From: Eledone cirrhosa
Lineage: Eukaryota
Direction of reading: 5' to 3'
Assembly: GCA_964016885.1 (NCBI GenBank)
Contig: OZ024741.1
Span: 209,746,001-209,810,000 of the forward strand
Length of the DNA: 64,000 nucleotides
How positions within the stretch are numbered: the first letter of the stretch is position 1; every line of letters begins with the position of its first letter. The notes under the pieces were generated by a model. It did no database searches. It saw nothing but the letters and a program-made list of their open reading frames with translations, and was not told where the DNA came from. This document shows positions 27,201 to 42,400 of the stretch, piece after piece. A program made the translations under genes and the position numbers.

Positions 27201-30200
27201 GCCTGTGTGCCGCATGATTTTCAGGACGATATCTCCGTAAAATCAAGAGTTGATAACCCCAACTTAACTTAACCCCAACTTAACTTAACCGCAACTTAAC
27301 TTAACCGCAACCTAACTTAACCCCAACTTAACTTAACCGCAACCTAACTTAACCCCAACTTAACTTAACCGCAACTTAACTTAACCCCAACCTAACTTAA
27401 CCCCAACTTAACTTAACCGCAACTTAACTTAACCGCAACCTAACTTAACCCCAGCTTAACTTAACCGCAACTTAACTTAACCGCAACTTAGCTTAACCCC
27501 AACCCTTGGTGGGATCGATCTGTAATTACTGGTACATGTGCAGACACTCATTGGCTGTGTGTGGCCTGATTTTCAGAAAGATATCTCCGTAAAATAACGA
27601 GTGGTGGCTGCGTAAAATAATGAATTACGCACGAAAATGAGAAAATTTCGATTCTCGATCGTGGGCCGGCCGGATGTCGGATCGATTCGTAAATACAAGG
27701 ATAATGTGCGGACACTCCTTGGCTGTGTGCGGCATGATTTTCAGGACGATATCTCCGTAAAATCAAGAGTTGATAACCCCAACTTAACTTAACCGCAACT
27801 TAACTTAACCGCAACTTAACTTAACCGCAACCTAACTTAACCCCAACTTAACTTAACCGCAACCTAACTTAACCCCAACTTAACTTAACCGCAACTTAAC
27901 TTAACCCCAACCTAACTTAACCCCAACTTAACTTAACCGCAACTTAACTTAACCGCAACCTAACTTAACCCTAACTTAACTTAACCGCAACTTAACTTAA
28001 CCGCAACTTAGCTTAACCCCAACCCTTGGTGGGATCGATCTGTAATTACTGGTACATGTGCAGACACTCATTGGCTGTGTGTGGCCTGATTTTCAGAAAG
28101 ATATCTCCGTAAAATAACGAGTGGTGGCTGCGTAAATTAATGAATTACGCACGAAAATGAGAAAATTTCGATTCTCGATCGTGGGCCGGCCGGATGTCGG
28201 ATCGATTCGTAAATACAAGGATAATGTGCGGACACTCCTTGCCTGTGTGCCGCATGATTTTCAGGACGATATCTCCGTAAAATCAAGAGTTGATAACCCC
28301 AACTTAACTTAACCCCAACTTAACTTAACCGCAACTTAACTTAACCGCAACCTAACTTAACCCCAACTTAACTTAACCGCAACCTAACTTAACCCCAACT
28401 TAACTTAACCGCAACTTAACTTAACCCCAACCTAACTTAACCCCAACTTAACTTAACCGCAACTTAACTTAACCGCAACCTAACTTAACCCCAACTTAAC
28501 TTAACCGCAACCTAACTTAACCCCAACTTAACTTAACCGCAACTTAACTTAACCCCAACCTAACTTAACCCCAACTTAACTTAACCGCAACTTAACTTAA
28601 CCGCAACTTAGCTTAACCCCAACCCTTGGTGGGATCGATCTGTAATTACTGGTACATGTGCAGACACTCATTGGCTGTGTGTGGCCTGATTTTCAGAAAG
28701 ATATCTCCGTAAAATAACGAGTGGTGGCTGCGTAAAATAATGAATTACGCACGAAAATGAGAAAATTTCGATTCTCGATCGTGGGCCGGCCGGATGTCGC
28801 ATCGATTCGTAAATAGAAGGATAATGTGCGGACACTCCTTGGCTGTGTGCGGCATGATTTTCAGGACGATATTTCCGTAAAATCAAGAGTTGATAACCCC
28901 AACTTAACTTAACCCCAACTTAACTTAACCCCAACTTAACTTAACCGCAACCTAACTTAACCCCAACTTAACTTAACCCCAACCTAACTTAACCCCAACT
29001 TAACTTAACCGCAACTTAACTTAACCGCAACCTAACTTAACCCCAACTTAACTTAACCGCAACTTAACTTAACCGCAACTTAGCTTAACCCCAACCCTTG
29101 GTGGGATCGATCTGTAATTACTGGTACATGTGCAGACACTCATTGGCTGTGTGTGGCCTGATTTTCAGAAAGATATCTCCGTAAAATAACGAGTGGTGGC
29201 TGCGTAAAATAATGAATTACGCACGAAAATGAGAAAATTTCGATTCTCGATCGTGGGCCGGCCGGATGTCGGATCGATTCCTAAATAGAAGGATAATGTG
29301 CGGACACTCCTTGGCTGTGTGCGGCATGATTTTCAGGACGATATCTCCGTAAAATCAAGAGTTGATAACCCCAACTTAACTTAACCCCAACTTAACTTAA
29401 CCGCAACTTAACTTAACCGCAACCTAACTTAACCCCAACTTAACTTAACCGCAACCTAACTTAACCCCAACTTAACTTAACCGCAACTTAACTTAACCCC
29501 AACCTAACTTAACTCCAACTTAACTTAACCGCAACTTAACTTAACCGCAACCTAACTTAACCCCAACTTAATTTAACCGCAACTTAACTTAACCGCAACT
29601 TAGCTTAACCCCAACCCTTGGTGGGATCGATCTGTAATTACTGGTACATGTGCAGACACTCATTGGCTGTGTGTGGCCTGATTTTCAGAAAGATATCTCC
29701 GTAAAATAACGAGTGGTGGCTGCGTAAAATAATGAATTACGCACGAAAATGAGAAAATTTCGATTCTCGATCGTGGGCCGGCCGGATGTCGGATCGATTC
29801 GTAAATACAAGGATAATGTGCGGACACTCCTTGGCTGTGTGCGGCATGATTTACAGGACGATATCTCCGTAAAATCAAGAGTTGATAACCCCAACTTAAC
29901 TTAACCCCAACTTAACTTAACCGCAACTTAACTTAACCGCAACCTAACTTAACCCCAACTTAACTTAACCGCAACCTAACTTAACCCCAACTTAACTTAA
30001 CCGCAACTTAACTTAACCCCAACCTAACTTAACCCCAACTTAACTTAACCGCAACTTAACTTAACCGCAACCTAACTTAACCCCAACTTAACTTAACCGC
30101 AACTTAACTTAACCGCAACTTAGCTTAACCCCAACGCTTGGTGGGATCGATCTGTAATTACTGGTACATGTGCAGACACTCATTGGCTGTGTGTGGCCTG

Positions 30201-33200
30201 ATTTTCAGAAAGATATCTCCGTAAAATAACGAGTGGTGGCTGCGTAAATAATGAATTATGCACGAAAATGAGAAAATTTCGATTCTCGATCGTGGGCCGG
30301 CCGGATGTCGCATCGATTCGTAAATAGAAGGATAATGTGCGGACACTCCTTGGCTGTGTGCGGCATGATTTTCAGGACGATATCTCCGTAAAATCAAGAG
30401 TTGATAACCCCAACTTAACTTAACCCCAACTTAACTTAACCGCAACTTAACTTAACCGCAACTTAACTTAACCGCAAACTAACTTAACCCCAACTTAACT
30501 TAACCGCAACCTAACTTAACCCCAACTTAACTTAACCGCAACTTAACTTAACCCCAACCTAACTTAACCCCAACTTAACTTAACCGCAACTTAACTTAAC
30601 CGCAACCTAACTTAACCCTAACTTAACTTAACCGCAACTTAACTTAACCGCAACTTAGCTTAACCCCAACCCTTGGTGGGATCGATCTGTAATTACTGGT
30701 ACATGTGCAGACACTCATTGGCTGTCTGTGGCCTGATTTTCAGAAAGATATCTCCGTAAAATAACGAGTGGTGGCTGCGTAAAATAATGAATTACGCACG
30801 AAAATGAGAAAATTTCGATTCTCGATCGTGGGCCGGCCGGATGTCGGATCGATTCGTAAATACAAGGATAATGTGCGGAAACTCCTTGCCTGTGTGCCGC
30901 ATGATTTTCAGGACGATATCTCCGTAAAATCAAGAGTTGATAACCCCAACTTAACTTAACCCCAACTTAACTTAACCGCAACTTAACTTAACCGCAACCT
31001 AACTTAACCCCAACTTAACTTAACCGCAACCTAACTTAACCCCAACTTAACTTAACCGCAACTTAACTTAACCCGAACCTAACTTAACCCCAACTTAACT
31101 TAACCGCAACTTAACTTAACCGCAACCTAACTTAACCCCAACTTAACTTAACCGCAACTTAACTTAACCGCAACTTAGCTTAACCCCAACCCTTAGTGGG
31201 ATCGATCTGTAATTACTGGTACATGTGCAGACACTCATTGGCTGTGTGTGGCCTGATTTTCAGAAAGATATCTCCGTAAAATAACGAGTGGTGGCTGCGT
31301 AAAATAATGAATTACGCACGAAAATGAGAAAATTTCGATTCTCGATCGTGGGCCGGCTGGTTGTCGGATCGATTCGTAAATACAAGGATAATGTGCGGAC
31401 ACTCCTTGCCTGTGTGCCGCATGATTTTCAGGACGATATCTCCGTAAAATCAAGAGTTGATAACCCCAACTTAACTTAACCCCAACTTAACTTAACCGCA
31501 ACTTAACTTAACCGCAACCTAACTTAACCCCAACTTAACTTAACCGCAACCTAACTTAACCCCAACTTAACTTAACCGCAACTTAACTTAACCCCAACCT
31601 AACTTAACCCCAACTTAACTTAACCGCAACTTAACTTAACCGCAACCTAACTTAACCCCAGCTTAACTTAACCGCAACTTAACTTAACCGCAACTTAGCT
31701 TAACCCCAACCCTTGGTGGGATCGATCTGTAATTACTGGTACATGTGCAGACACTCATTGGCTGTGTGTGGCCTGATTTTCAGAAAGATATCTCCGTAAA
31801 ATAACGAGTGGTGGCTGCGTAAAATAATGAATTACGCACGAAAATGAGAAAATTTCGATTCTCGATCGTGGGCCGGCCGGATGTCGGATCGATTCGTAAA
31901 TACAAGGATAATGTGCGGACACTCCTTGGCTGTGTGCGGCATGATTTTCAGGACGATATCTCCGTAAAATCAAGAGTTGATAACCCCAACTTAACTTAAC
32001 CCCAACTTAACTTAACCGCAACTTAACTTAACCGCAACCTAACTTAACCCCAACTTAACTTAACCGCAACCTAACTTAACCCCAACTTAACTTAACCGCA
32101 ACTTAACTTAACCCCAACCTAACTTAACCCCAACTTAACTTAACCGCAACTTAACTTAACCGCAACCTAACTTAACCCTAACTTAACTTAACCGCAACTT
32201 AACTTAACCGCAACTTAGCTTAACCCCAACCCTTGGTGGGATCGATCTGTAATTACTGGTACATGTGCAGACACTCATTGGCTGTGTGTGGCCTGATTTT
32301 CAGAAAGATATCTCCGTAAAATAACGAGTGGTGGCTGCGTAAATTAATGAATTACGCACGAAAATGAGAAAATTTCGATTCTCGATCGTGGGCCGGCCGG
32401 ATGTCGGATCGATTCGTAAATACAAGGATAATGTGCGGACACTCCTTGCCTGTGTGCCGCATGATTTTCAGGACGATATCTCCGTAAAATCAAGAGTTGA
32501 TAACCCCAACTTAACTTAACCCCAACTTAACTTAACCGCAACTTAACTTAACCGCAACCTAACTTAACCCCAACTTAACTTAACCGCAACCTAACTTAAC
32601 CCCAACTTAACTTAACCGCAACTTAACTTAACCCCAACCTAACTTAACCCCAACTTAACTTAACCGCAACTTAACTTAACCGCAACCTAACTTAACCCCA
32701 ACTTAACTTAACCGCAACTTAACTTAACCGCAACTTAGCTTAACCCCAACCCTTGGTGGGATCGATCTGTAATTACTGGTACATGTGCAGACACTCATTG
32801 GCTGTGTGTGGCCTGATTTTCAGAAAGATATCTCCGTAAAATAACGAGTGGTGGCTGCGTAAAATAATGAATTACGCACGAAAATGAGAAAATTTCGATT
32901 CTCGATCGTGGGCCGGCCGGATGTCGGATCGATTCGTAAATACAAGGATAATGTGCGGACACTCCTTGGCTGTGTGCGGCATGATTTTCAGGACGATATC
33001 TCCGTAAAATCAAGAGTTGATAACCCCAACTTAACTTAACCCCAACTTAACTTAACCGCAACTTAACTTAACCGCAACCTAACTTAACCCCAACTTAACT
33101 TAACCGCAACCTAACTTAACCCCAACTTAACTTAACCGCAACTTAACTTAACCCCAACCTAACTTAACTCCAACTTAACTTAACCGCAACTTAACTTAAC

Positions 33201-36200
33201 CGCAACCTAACTTAACCCCAACTTAATTTAACCGCAACTTAACTTAACCGCAACTTAGCTTAACCCCAACCCTTGGTGGGATCGATCTGTAATTACTGGT
33301 ACATGTGCAGACACTCATTGGCTGTGTGTGGCCTGATTTTCAGAAAGATATCTCCGTAAAATAACGAGTGGTGGCTGCGTAAAATAATGAATTACGCACG
33401 AAAATGAGAAAATTTCGATTCTCGATCGTGGGCCGGCCGGATGTCGGATCGATTCGTAAATACAAGGATAATGTGCGGACACTCCTTGGCTGTGTGCGGC
33501 ATGATTTACAGGACGATATCTCCGTAAAATCAAGAGTTGATAACCCCAACTTAACTTAACCCCAACTTAACTTAACCGCAACTTAACTTAACCGCAACCT
33601 AACTTAACCCCAACTTAACTTAACCGCAACCTAACTTAACCCCAACTTAACTTAACCGCAACTTAACTTAACCCCAACCTAACTTAACCCCAACTTAACT
33701 TAACCGCAACTTAACTTAACCGCAACCTAACTTAACCCCAACTTAACTTAACCGCAACTTAACTTAACCGCAACTTAGCTTAACCCCAACGCTTGGTGGG
33801 ATCGATCTGTAATTACTGGTACATGTGCAGACACTCATTGGCTGTGTGTGGCCTGATTTTCAGAAAGATATCTCCGTAAAATAACGAGTGGTGGCTGCGT
33901 AAAATAATGAATTACGCACGAAAATGAGAAAATTTCGATTCTCGATCGTGGGCCGGCCGGATGTCGGATCGATTCGTAAATACAAGGATAATGTGCGGAC
34001 ACTCCTTGCCTGTGAGCCGCATGATTTTCAGGACGATATCTCCGTAAAATCAAGAGTTGATAACCCCAACTTAACTTAACCCCAACTTAACTTAACCGCA
34101 ACTTAACTTAACCGCAACCTAACTTAACCCCAACTTAACTTAACCGCAACCTAACTTAACCCCAACTTAACTTAACCGCAACTTAACTTAACCCGAACCT
34201 AACTTAACCCCAACTTAACTTAACCGCAACTTAACTTAACCGCAACCTAACTTAACCCCAACTTAACTTAACCGCAACTTAACTTAACCGCAACTTAGCT
34301 TAACCCCAACCCTTAGTGGGATCGATCTGTAATTACTGGTACATGTGCAGACACTCATTGGCTGTGTGTGGCCTGATTTTCAGAAAGATATCTCCGTAAA
34401 ATAACGAGTGGTGGCTGCGTAAAATAATGAATTACGCACGAAAATGAGAAAATTTCGATTCTCGATCGTGGGCCGGCTGGTTGTCGGATCGATTCGTAAA
34501 TACAAGGATAATGTGCGGACACTCCTTGCCTGTGTGCCGCATGATTTTCAGGACGATATCTCCGTAAAATCAAGAGTTGATAACCCCAACTTAACTTAAC
34601 CCCAACTTAACTTAACCGCAACTTAACTTAACCGCAACCTAACTTAACCCCAACTTAACTTAACCGCAACCTAACTTAACCCCAACTTAACTTAACCGCA
34701 ACTTAACTTAACCCCAACCTAACTTAACCCCAACTTAACTTAACCGCAACTTAACTTAACCGCAACCTAACTTAACCCCAGCTTAACTTAACCGCAACTT
34801 AACTTAACCGCAACTTAGCTTAACCCCAACCCTTGGTGGGATCGATCTGTAATTACTGGTACATGTGCAGACACTCATTGGCTGTGTGTGGCCTGATTTT
34901 CAGAAAGATATCTCCGTAAAATAACGAGTGGTGGCTGCGTAAAATAATGAATTACGCACGAAAATGAGAAAATTTCGATTCTCGATCCTGGGCCGGCCGG
35001 ATGTCGGATCGATTCGTAAATACAAGGATAATGTGCGGACACTCCTTGGCTGTGTGCGGCATGATTTTCAGGACGATATCTCCGTAAAATCAAGAGTTGA
35101 TAACCCCAACTTAACTTAACCCCAACTTAACTTAACCGCAACTTAACTTAACCGCAACCTAACTTAACCCCAACTTAACTTAACCGCAACCTAACTTAAC
35201 CCCAACTTAACTTAACCGCAACTTAACTTAACCCCAACCTAACTTAACCCCAACTTAACTTAACCGCAACTTAACTTAACCGCAACCTAACTTAACCCTA
35301 ACTTAACTTAACCGCAACTTAACTTAACCGCAACTTAGCTTAACCCCAACCCTTGGTGGGATCGATCTGTAATTACTGGTACATGTGCAGACACTCATTG
35401 GCTGTGTGTGGCCTGATTTTCAGAAAGATATCTCCGTAAAATAACGAGTGGTGGCTGCGTAAATTAATGAATTACGCACGAAAATGAGAAAATTTCGATT
35501 CTCGATCGTGGGCCGGCCGGATGTCGGATCGATTCGTAAATACAAGGATAATGTGCGGACACTCCTTGCCTGTGTGCCGCATGATTTTCAGGACGATATC
35601 TCCGTAAAATCAAGAGTTGATAACCCCAACTTAACTTAACCCCAACTTAACTTAACCGCAACTTAACTTAACCGCAACCTAACTTAACCCCAACTTAACT
35701 TAACCGCAACCTAACTTAACCCCAACTTAACTTAACCGCAACTTAACTTAACCCCAACCTAACTTAACCCCAACTTAACTTAACCGCAACTTAACTTAAC
35801 CGCAACCTAACTTAACCCCAACTTAACTTAACCGCAACTTAACTTAACCGCAACTTAGCTTAACCCCAACCCTTGGTGGGATCGATCTGTAATTACTGGT
35901 ACATGTGCAGACACTCATTGGCTGTGTGTGGCCTGATTTTCAGAAAGATATCTCCGTAAAATAACGAGTGGTGGCTGCGTAAAATAATGAATTACGCACG
36001 AAAATGAGAAAATTTCGATTCTCGATCGTGGGCCGGCCGGATGTCGGATCGATTCGTAAATACAAGGATAATGTGCGGACACTCCTTGGCTGTGTGCGGC
36101 ATGATTTTCAGGACGATATCTCCGTAAAATCAAGAGTTGATAACCCCAACTTAACTTAACCCCAACTTAACTTAACCGCAACTTAACTTAACCGCAACCT

Positions 36201-36490
36201 AACTTAACCCCAACTTAACTTAACCGCAACCTAACTTAACCCCAACTTAACTTAACCGCAACTTAACTTAACCCCAACCTAACTTAACTCCAACTTAACT
36301 TAACCGCAACTTAACTTAACCGCAACCTAACTTAACCCCAACTTAATTTAACCGCAACTTAACTTAACCGCAACTTAGCTTAACCCCAACCCTTGGTGGG
36401 ATCGATCTGTAATTACTGGTACATGTGCAGACACTCATTGGCTGTGTGTGGCCTGATTTTCAGAAAGATATCTCCGTAAAATCAAGAGTT
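21249..36490. repeat. Further complete, truncated and rearranged copies of the 8-mer HOR
   Basis: The TTTACAGG monomer recurs at ORF-track 24932, 29660 and 33315 with the same marker order. Variants are a 7-mer (3655 bp), a 6-mer, and one copy with a duplicated monomer at 23.3-24.4 kb. Confidence 0.85.
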
Positions 36491-39400
36491 GATAACCCCA
36501 ACTTAACTTAACCCCAACTTAACTTAACCGCAACTTAACTTAACCGCAACTTAACTTAACCGCAAACTAACTTAACCCCAACTTAACTTAACCGCAACCT
36601 AACTTAACCCCAACTTAACTTAACCGCAACTTAACTTAACCCCAACCTAACTTAACCCCAACTTAACTTAACCGCAACTTAACTTAACCGCAACCTAACT
36701 TAACCCTAACTTAACTTAACCGCAACTTAACTTAACCGCAACTTAGCTTAACCCCAACCCTTGGTGGAATCGATCTGTAATTACTGGTACATGTGCAGAC
36801 ACTCATTGGCTGTCTGTGGCCTGATTTTCAGAAAGATATCTCCGTAAAATAACGAGTGGTGGCTGCGTAAAATAATGAATTACGCACGAAAATGAGAAAA
36901 TTTCGATTCTCGATCGTGGGCCGGCCGGATGTCGGATCGATTCGTAAATACAAGGATAATGTGCGGAAACTCCTTGCCTGTGTGCCGCATGATTTTCAGG
37001 ACGATATCTCCGTAAAATCAAGAGTTGATAACCCCAACTTAACTTAACCCCAACTTAACTTAACCGCAACTTAACTTAACCGCAACCTAACTTAACCCCA
37101 ACTTAACTTAACCGCAACCTAACTTAACCCCAACTTAACTTAACCGCAACTTAACTTAACCCCAACCTAACTTAACCCCAACTTAACTTAACCGCAACTT
37201 AACTTAACCGCAACCTAACTTAACTCCAACTTAACTTAACCGCAACTTAACTTAACCGCAACTTAGCTTAACCCCAACCCTTGGTGGGATTGATCTGTAA
37301 TTACTGGTACATGTGCAGACACTCATTGGCTGTGTGTGGCCTGATTTTCAGAAAGATATCTCCGTAAAATAACGAGTGGTGGCTGCGTAAAATAATGAAT
37401 TACGCACGAAAATGAGAAAATTTCGATTCTCGATCGTGGGCCGGCCGGATGTCGGATCGATTCGTAAATACAAGGATAATGTGCGGACACTCCTTGCCTG
37501 TGAGCCGCATGATTTTCAGGACGATATCTCCGTAAAATCAAGAGTTGATAACCCCAACTTAACTTAACCCCAACTTAACTTAACCGCAACTTAACTTAAC
37601 CGCAACCTAACTTAACCCCAACTTAACTTAACCGCAACCTAACTTAACCCCAACTTAACTTAACCGCAACTTAACTTAACCCGAACCTAACTTAACCCCA
37701 ACTTAACTTAACCGCAACTTAACTTAACCGCAACCTAACTTAACCCCAACTTAACTTAACCGCAACTTAACTTAACCGCAACTTAGCTTAACCCCAACCC
37801 TTAGTGGGATCGATCTGTAATTACTGGTACATGTGCAGACACTCATTGGCTGTGTGTGGCCTGATTTTCAGAAAGATATCTCCGTAAAATAACGAGTGGT
37901 GGCTGCGTAAAATAATGAATTACGCACGAAAATGAGAAAATTTCGATTCTCGATCGTGGGCCGGCTGGTTGTCGGATCGATTCGTAAATACAAGGATAAT
38001 GTGCGGACACTCCTTGCCTGTGTGCCGCATGATTTTCAGGACGATATCTCCGTAAAATCAAGAGTTGATAACCCCAACTTAACTTAACCCCAACTTAACT
38101 TAACCGCAACTTAACTTAACCGCAACCTAACTTAACCCCAACTTAACTTAACCGCAACCTAACTTAACCCCAACTTAACTTAACCGCAACTTAACTTAAC
38201 CCCAACCTAACTTAACCCCAACTTAACTTAACCGCAACTTAACTTAACCGCAACCTAACTTAACCCCAACTTAACTTAACCGCAACTTAACTTAACCGCA
38301 ACTTAGCTTAACCCCAACCCTTGGTGGGATCGATCTGTAATTACTGGTACATGTGCAGACACTCATTGGCTGTGTGTGGCCTGATTTTCAGAAAGATATC
38401 TCCGTAAAATAACGAGTGGTGGCTGCGTAAAATAATGAATTACGCACGAAAATGATAAAATTTCGATTCTCGATCGTGGGCCGGCCGGATGTCGGATCGA
38501 TTCGTAAATACAAGGATAATGTGCGGACACTCCTTGGCTGTGTGCGGCATGATTTTCAGGACGATATCTCCGTAAAATCAAGAGTTGATAACCCCAACTT
38601 AACTTAACCCCAACTTAACTTAACCGCAACTTTACTTAACCGCAACCTAACTTAACCCCAACTTAACTTAACCGCAACCTAACTTAACTTAACCGCAACT
38701 TAACTTAACCGCAACCTAACTTAACCCCAACTTAACTTAACCGCAACTTAACTTAACCGCAACTTAGCTTAATCCCAACCCTTGGTGGGATCGATCTGTA
38801 ATTACTGGTACATATGCAGACACTCATTGGCTGTGTGTGGCCTGATTTTCAGAAAGATATCTCCGTAAAATAACGAGTGGTGGCTGCGTAAAATAATGAA
38901 TTACGCACGCAAATGAGAAAATTTCGATTCTCGATCGTGGGCCGGCCGGATGTCGGATCGATTCGTAAATACAAGGATAATGTGCGGACACCCCTTGGCT
39001 GTGTGCGTCATGATTTTCAGGACGATATCTCCGTGAAATCAAGAGTTGATAACCCCAACTTAACTTAACCCCAACTTAACTTAACCGCAACTTAACTTAA
39101 CCGCAACCTAACTTAACCCCAACTTAACTTAACCGCAACCTAACTTAACCCCAACTTAACTTAACCGCAACTTAACTTAACCCCAACCTAACTTAACCCC
39201 AACTTAACTTAACCGCAACTTAACTTAACCGAAACCTAACTTAACCCCAACTTAACTTAACCGCAACTTAACTTAACCGCAACTTAGCTTAACCCCAACC
39301 CTTGGTGGGATCGATCTGTAATTACTGGTACATGTGCAGACACTCATTGGCTGTGTGTGGCCTGATTTTCAGAAAGATATCTCCGTAAAATAACGAGTGG

Positions 39401-42400
39401 TGGCTGCGTAAAATAATGAATTACGCACGAAAATGAGAAAATTTCGATTCTCGATCGTGGGCCGGCCGGATGTCGGATCGATTCGTAAATACAAGGATAA
39501 TGTGCGGACACTCCTTGGCTGTGTGCGGCATGATTTTCAGGACGATATCTCCGTAAAATCAAGAGTTGATAACCCCAACTTAACTTAACCCCAACTTAAC
39601 TTAACCGCAACTTAACTTAACCGCAACCTAACTTAACCCCAACTTAACTTAACCGCAACCTAACTTAACCCCAACTTAACTTAACCGCAACTTAACTTAA
39701 CCCCAACCTAACTTAACCCCAACTTAACTTAACCGCAACTTAACTTAACCGCAACCTAACTTAACCCCAACTTAACTTAACCGCAACTTAACTTAACCGC
39801 AACTTAGCTTAACCCCAACCCTTGGTGGGATCGATCTGTAATTACTGGTACATGTGCAGACACTCATTGGCTGTGTGTGGCCTGATTTTCAGAAAGATAT
39901 CTCCGTAAAATAACGAGTGGTGGCTGCGTAAAATAATGAATTACGCACGAAAATGAGAAAATTTCGATTCTCGATCGTGGGCCGGCCGGATGTCGGATCG
40001 ATTCGTAAATACAAGCATAATGTGCGGACACTCCTTGTCTGTGTGCGGCATGATTTTCAGGACGATATCTCCGTAAAATCAAGAGTTGATAACCCCAACT
40101 TAACTTAACCCCAACTTAACTTAACCGCAACTTAACTTAACCGCAACCTAACTTAACCCCAACTTAACTTAACCGCAACCTAACTTAACCCCAACTTAAC
40201 TTAACCGCAACTTAACTTAACCCCAACCTAACTTAACCCCAACTTAACTTAACCGCAACTTAACTTAACCGCAACCTAACTTAACCCCAACTTAACTTAA
40301 CCGCAATTTAACTTAACCGCAACTTAGCTTAACCCCAACCTTCGTGGGATCGATCTGTAATTACTGGTACATGTGCAGACACTCATTGGCTGTGTGTGGC
40401 CTGATTTTCAGAAAGATATCTCCGTAAAATAACGAGTGGTGGCTGCGTAAATTAATGAATTACGCACGAAAATGAGAAAATTTCGATTCTCGATCGTGGG
40501 CCGGCCGGATGTCGGATCGATTCGTAAATACAAGGATAATGTGCGGACACTCCTTGCCTGTGTGCCGCATGATTTTCAGGACGATATCTCCGTAAAATCA
40601 AGAGTTGATAACCCCAACTTAACTTAACCCCAACTTAACTTAACCGCAACTTAACTTAACCGCAACCTAACTTAACCCCAACTTAACTTAACCGCAACCT
40701 AACTTAACCCCAACTTAACTTAACCGCAACTTAACTTAACCCCAACCTAACTTAACCCCAACTTAACTTAACCGCAACTTAACTTAACCGCAACCTAACT
40801 TAACCCCAACTTAACTTAACCGCAACTTAACTTAACCGCAACTTAGCTTAACCCCAACCCTTGGTGGGATCGATCTGTAATTACTGGTACATGTGCAGAC
40901 ACTCATTGGCTGTGTGTGGCCTGATTTTCAGAAAGATATCTCCGTAAAATAACGAGTGGTGGCTGCGTAAAATAATGAATTACGCACGAAAATGAGAAAA
41001 TTTCGATTCTCGATCGTGGGCCGGCCGGATGTCGGATCGATTCGTAAATACAAGGATAATGTGCGGACACTCCTTGGCTGTGTGCGGCATGATTTTCAGG
41101 ACGATATCTCCGTAAAATCAAGAGTTGATAACCCCAACTTAACTTAACCCCAACTTAACTTAACCGCAACTTAACTTAACCGCAACCTAACTTAACCCCA
41201 ACTTAACTTAACCGCAACCTAACTTAACCCCAACTTAACTTAACCGCAACTTAACTTAACCCCAACCTAACTTAACTCCAACTTAACTTAACCGCAACTT
41301 AACTTAACCGCAACCTAACTTAACCCCAACTTAATTTAACCGCAACTTAACTTAACCGCAACTTAGCTTAACCCCAACCCTTGGTGGGATCGATCTGTAA
41401 TTACTGGTACATGTGCAGACACTCATTGGCTGTGTGTGGCCTGATTTTCAGAAAGATATCTCCGTAAAATAACGAGTGGTGGCTGCGTAAAATAATGAAT
41501 TACGCACGAAAATGAGAAAATTTCGATTCTCGATCGTGGGCCGGCCGGATGTCGGATCGATTCGTAAATACAAGGATAATGTGCGGACACTCCTTGGCTG
41601 TGTGCGGCATGATTTACAGGACGATATCTCCGTAAAATCAAGAGTTGATAACCCCAACTTAACTTAACCCCAACTTAACTTAACCGCAACTTAACTTAAC
41701 CGCAACCTAACTTAACCCCAACTTAACTTAACCGCAACCTAACTTAACCCCAACTTAACTTAACCGCAACTTAACTTAACCCCAACCTAACTTAACCCCA
41801 ACTTAACTTAACCGCAACTTAACTTAACCGCAACCTAACTTAACCCCAACTTAACTTAACCGCAACTTAACTTAACCGCAACTTAGCTTAACCCCAACGC
41901 TTGGTGGGATCGATCTGTAATTACTGGTACATGTGCAGACACTCATTGGCTGTGTGTGGCCTGATTTTCAGAAAGATATCTCCGTAAAATAACGAGTGGT
42001 GGCTGCGTAAAATAATGAATTATGCACGAAAATGAGAAAATTTCGATTCTCGATCGTGGGCCGGCCGGATGTCGCATCGATTCGTAAATAGAAGGATAAT
42101 GTGCGGACACTCCTTGGCTGTGTGCGGCATGATTTTCAGGACGATATCTCCGTAAAATCAAGAGTTGATAACCCCAACTTAACTTAACCCCAACTTAACT
42201 TAACCGCAACTTAACTTAACCGCAACTTAACTTAACCGCAAACTAACTTAACCCCAACTTAACTTAACCGCAACCTAACTTAACCCCAACTTAACTTAAC
42301 CGCAACTTAACTTAACCCCAACCTAACTTAACCCCAACTTAACTTAACCGCAACTTAACTTAACCGCAACCTAACTTAACCCTAACTTAACTTAACCGCA

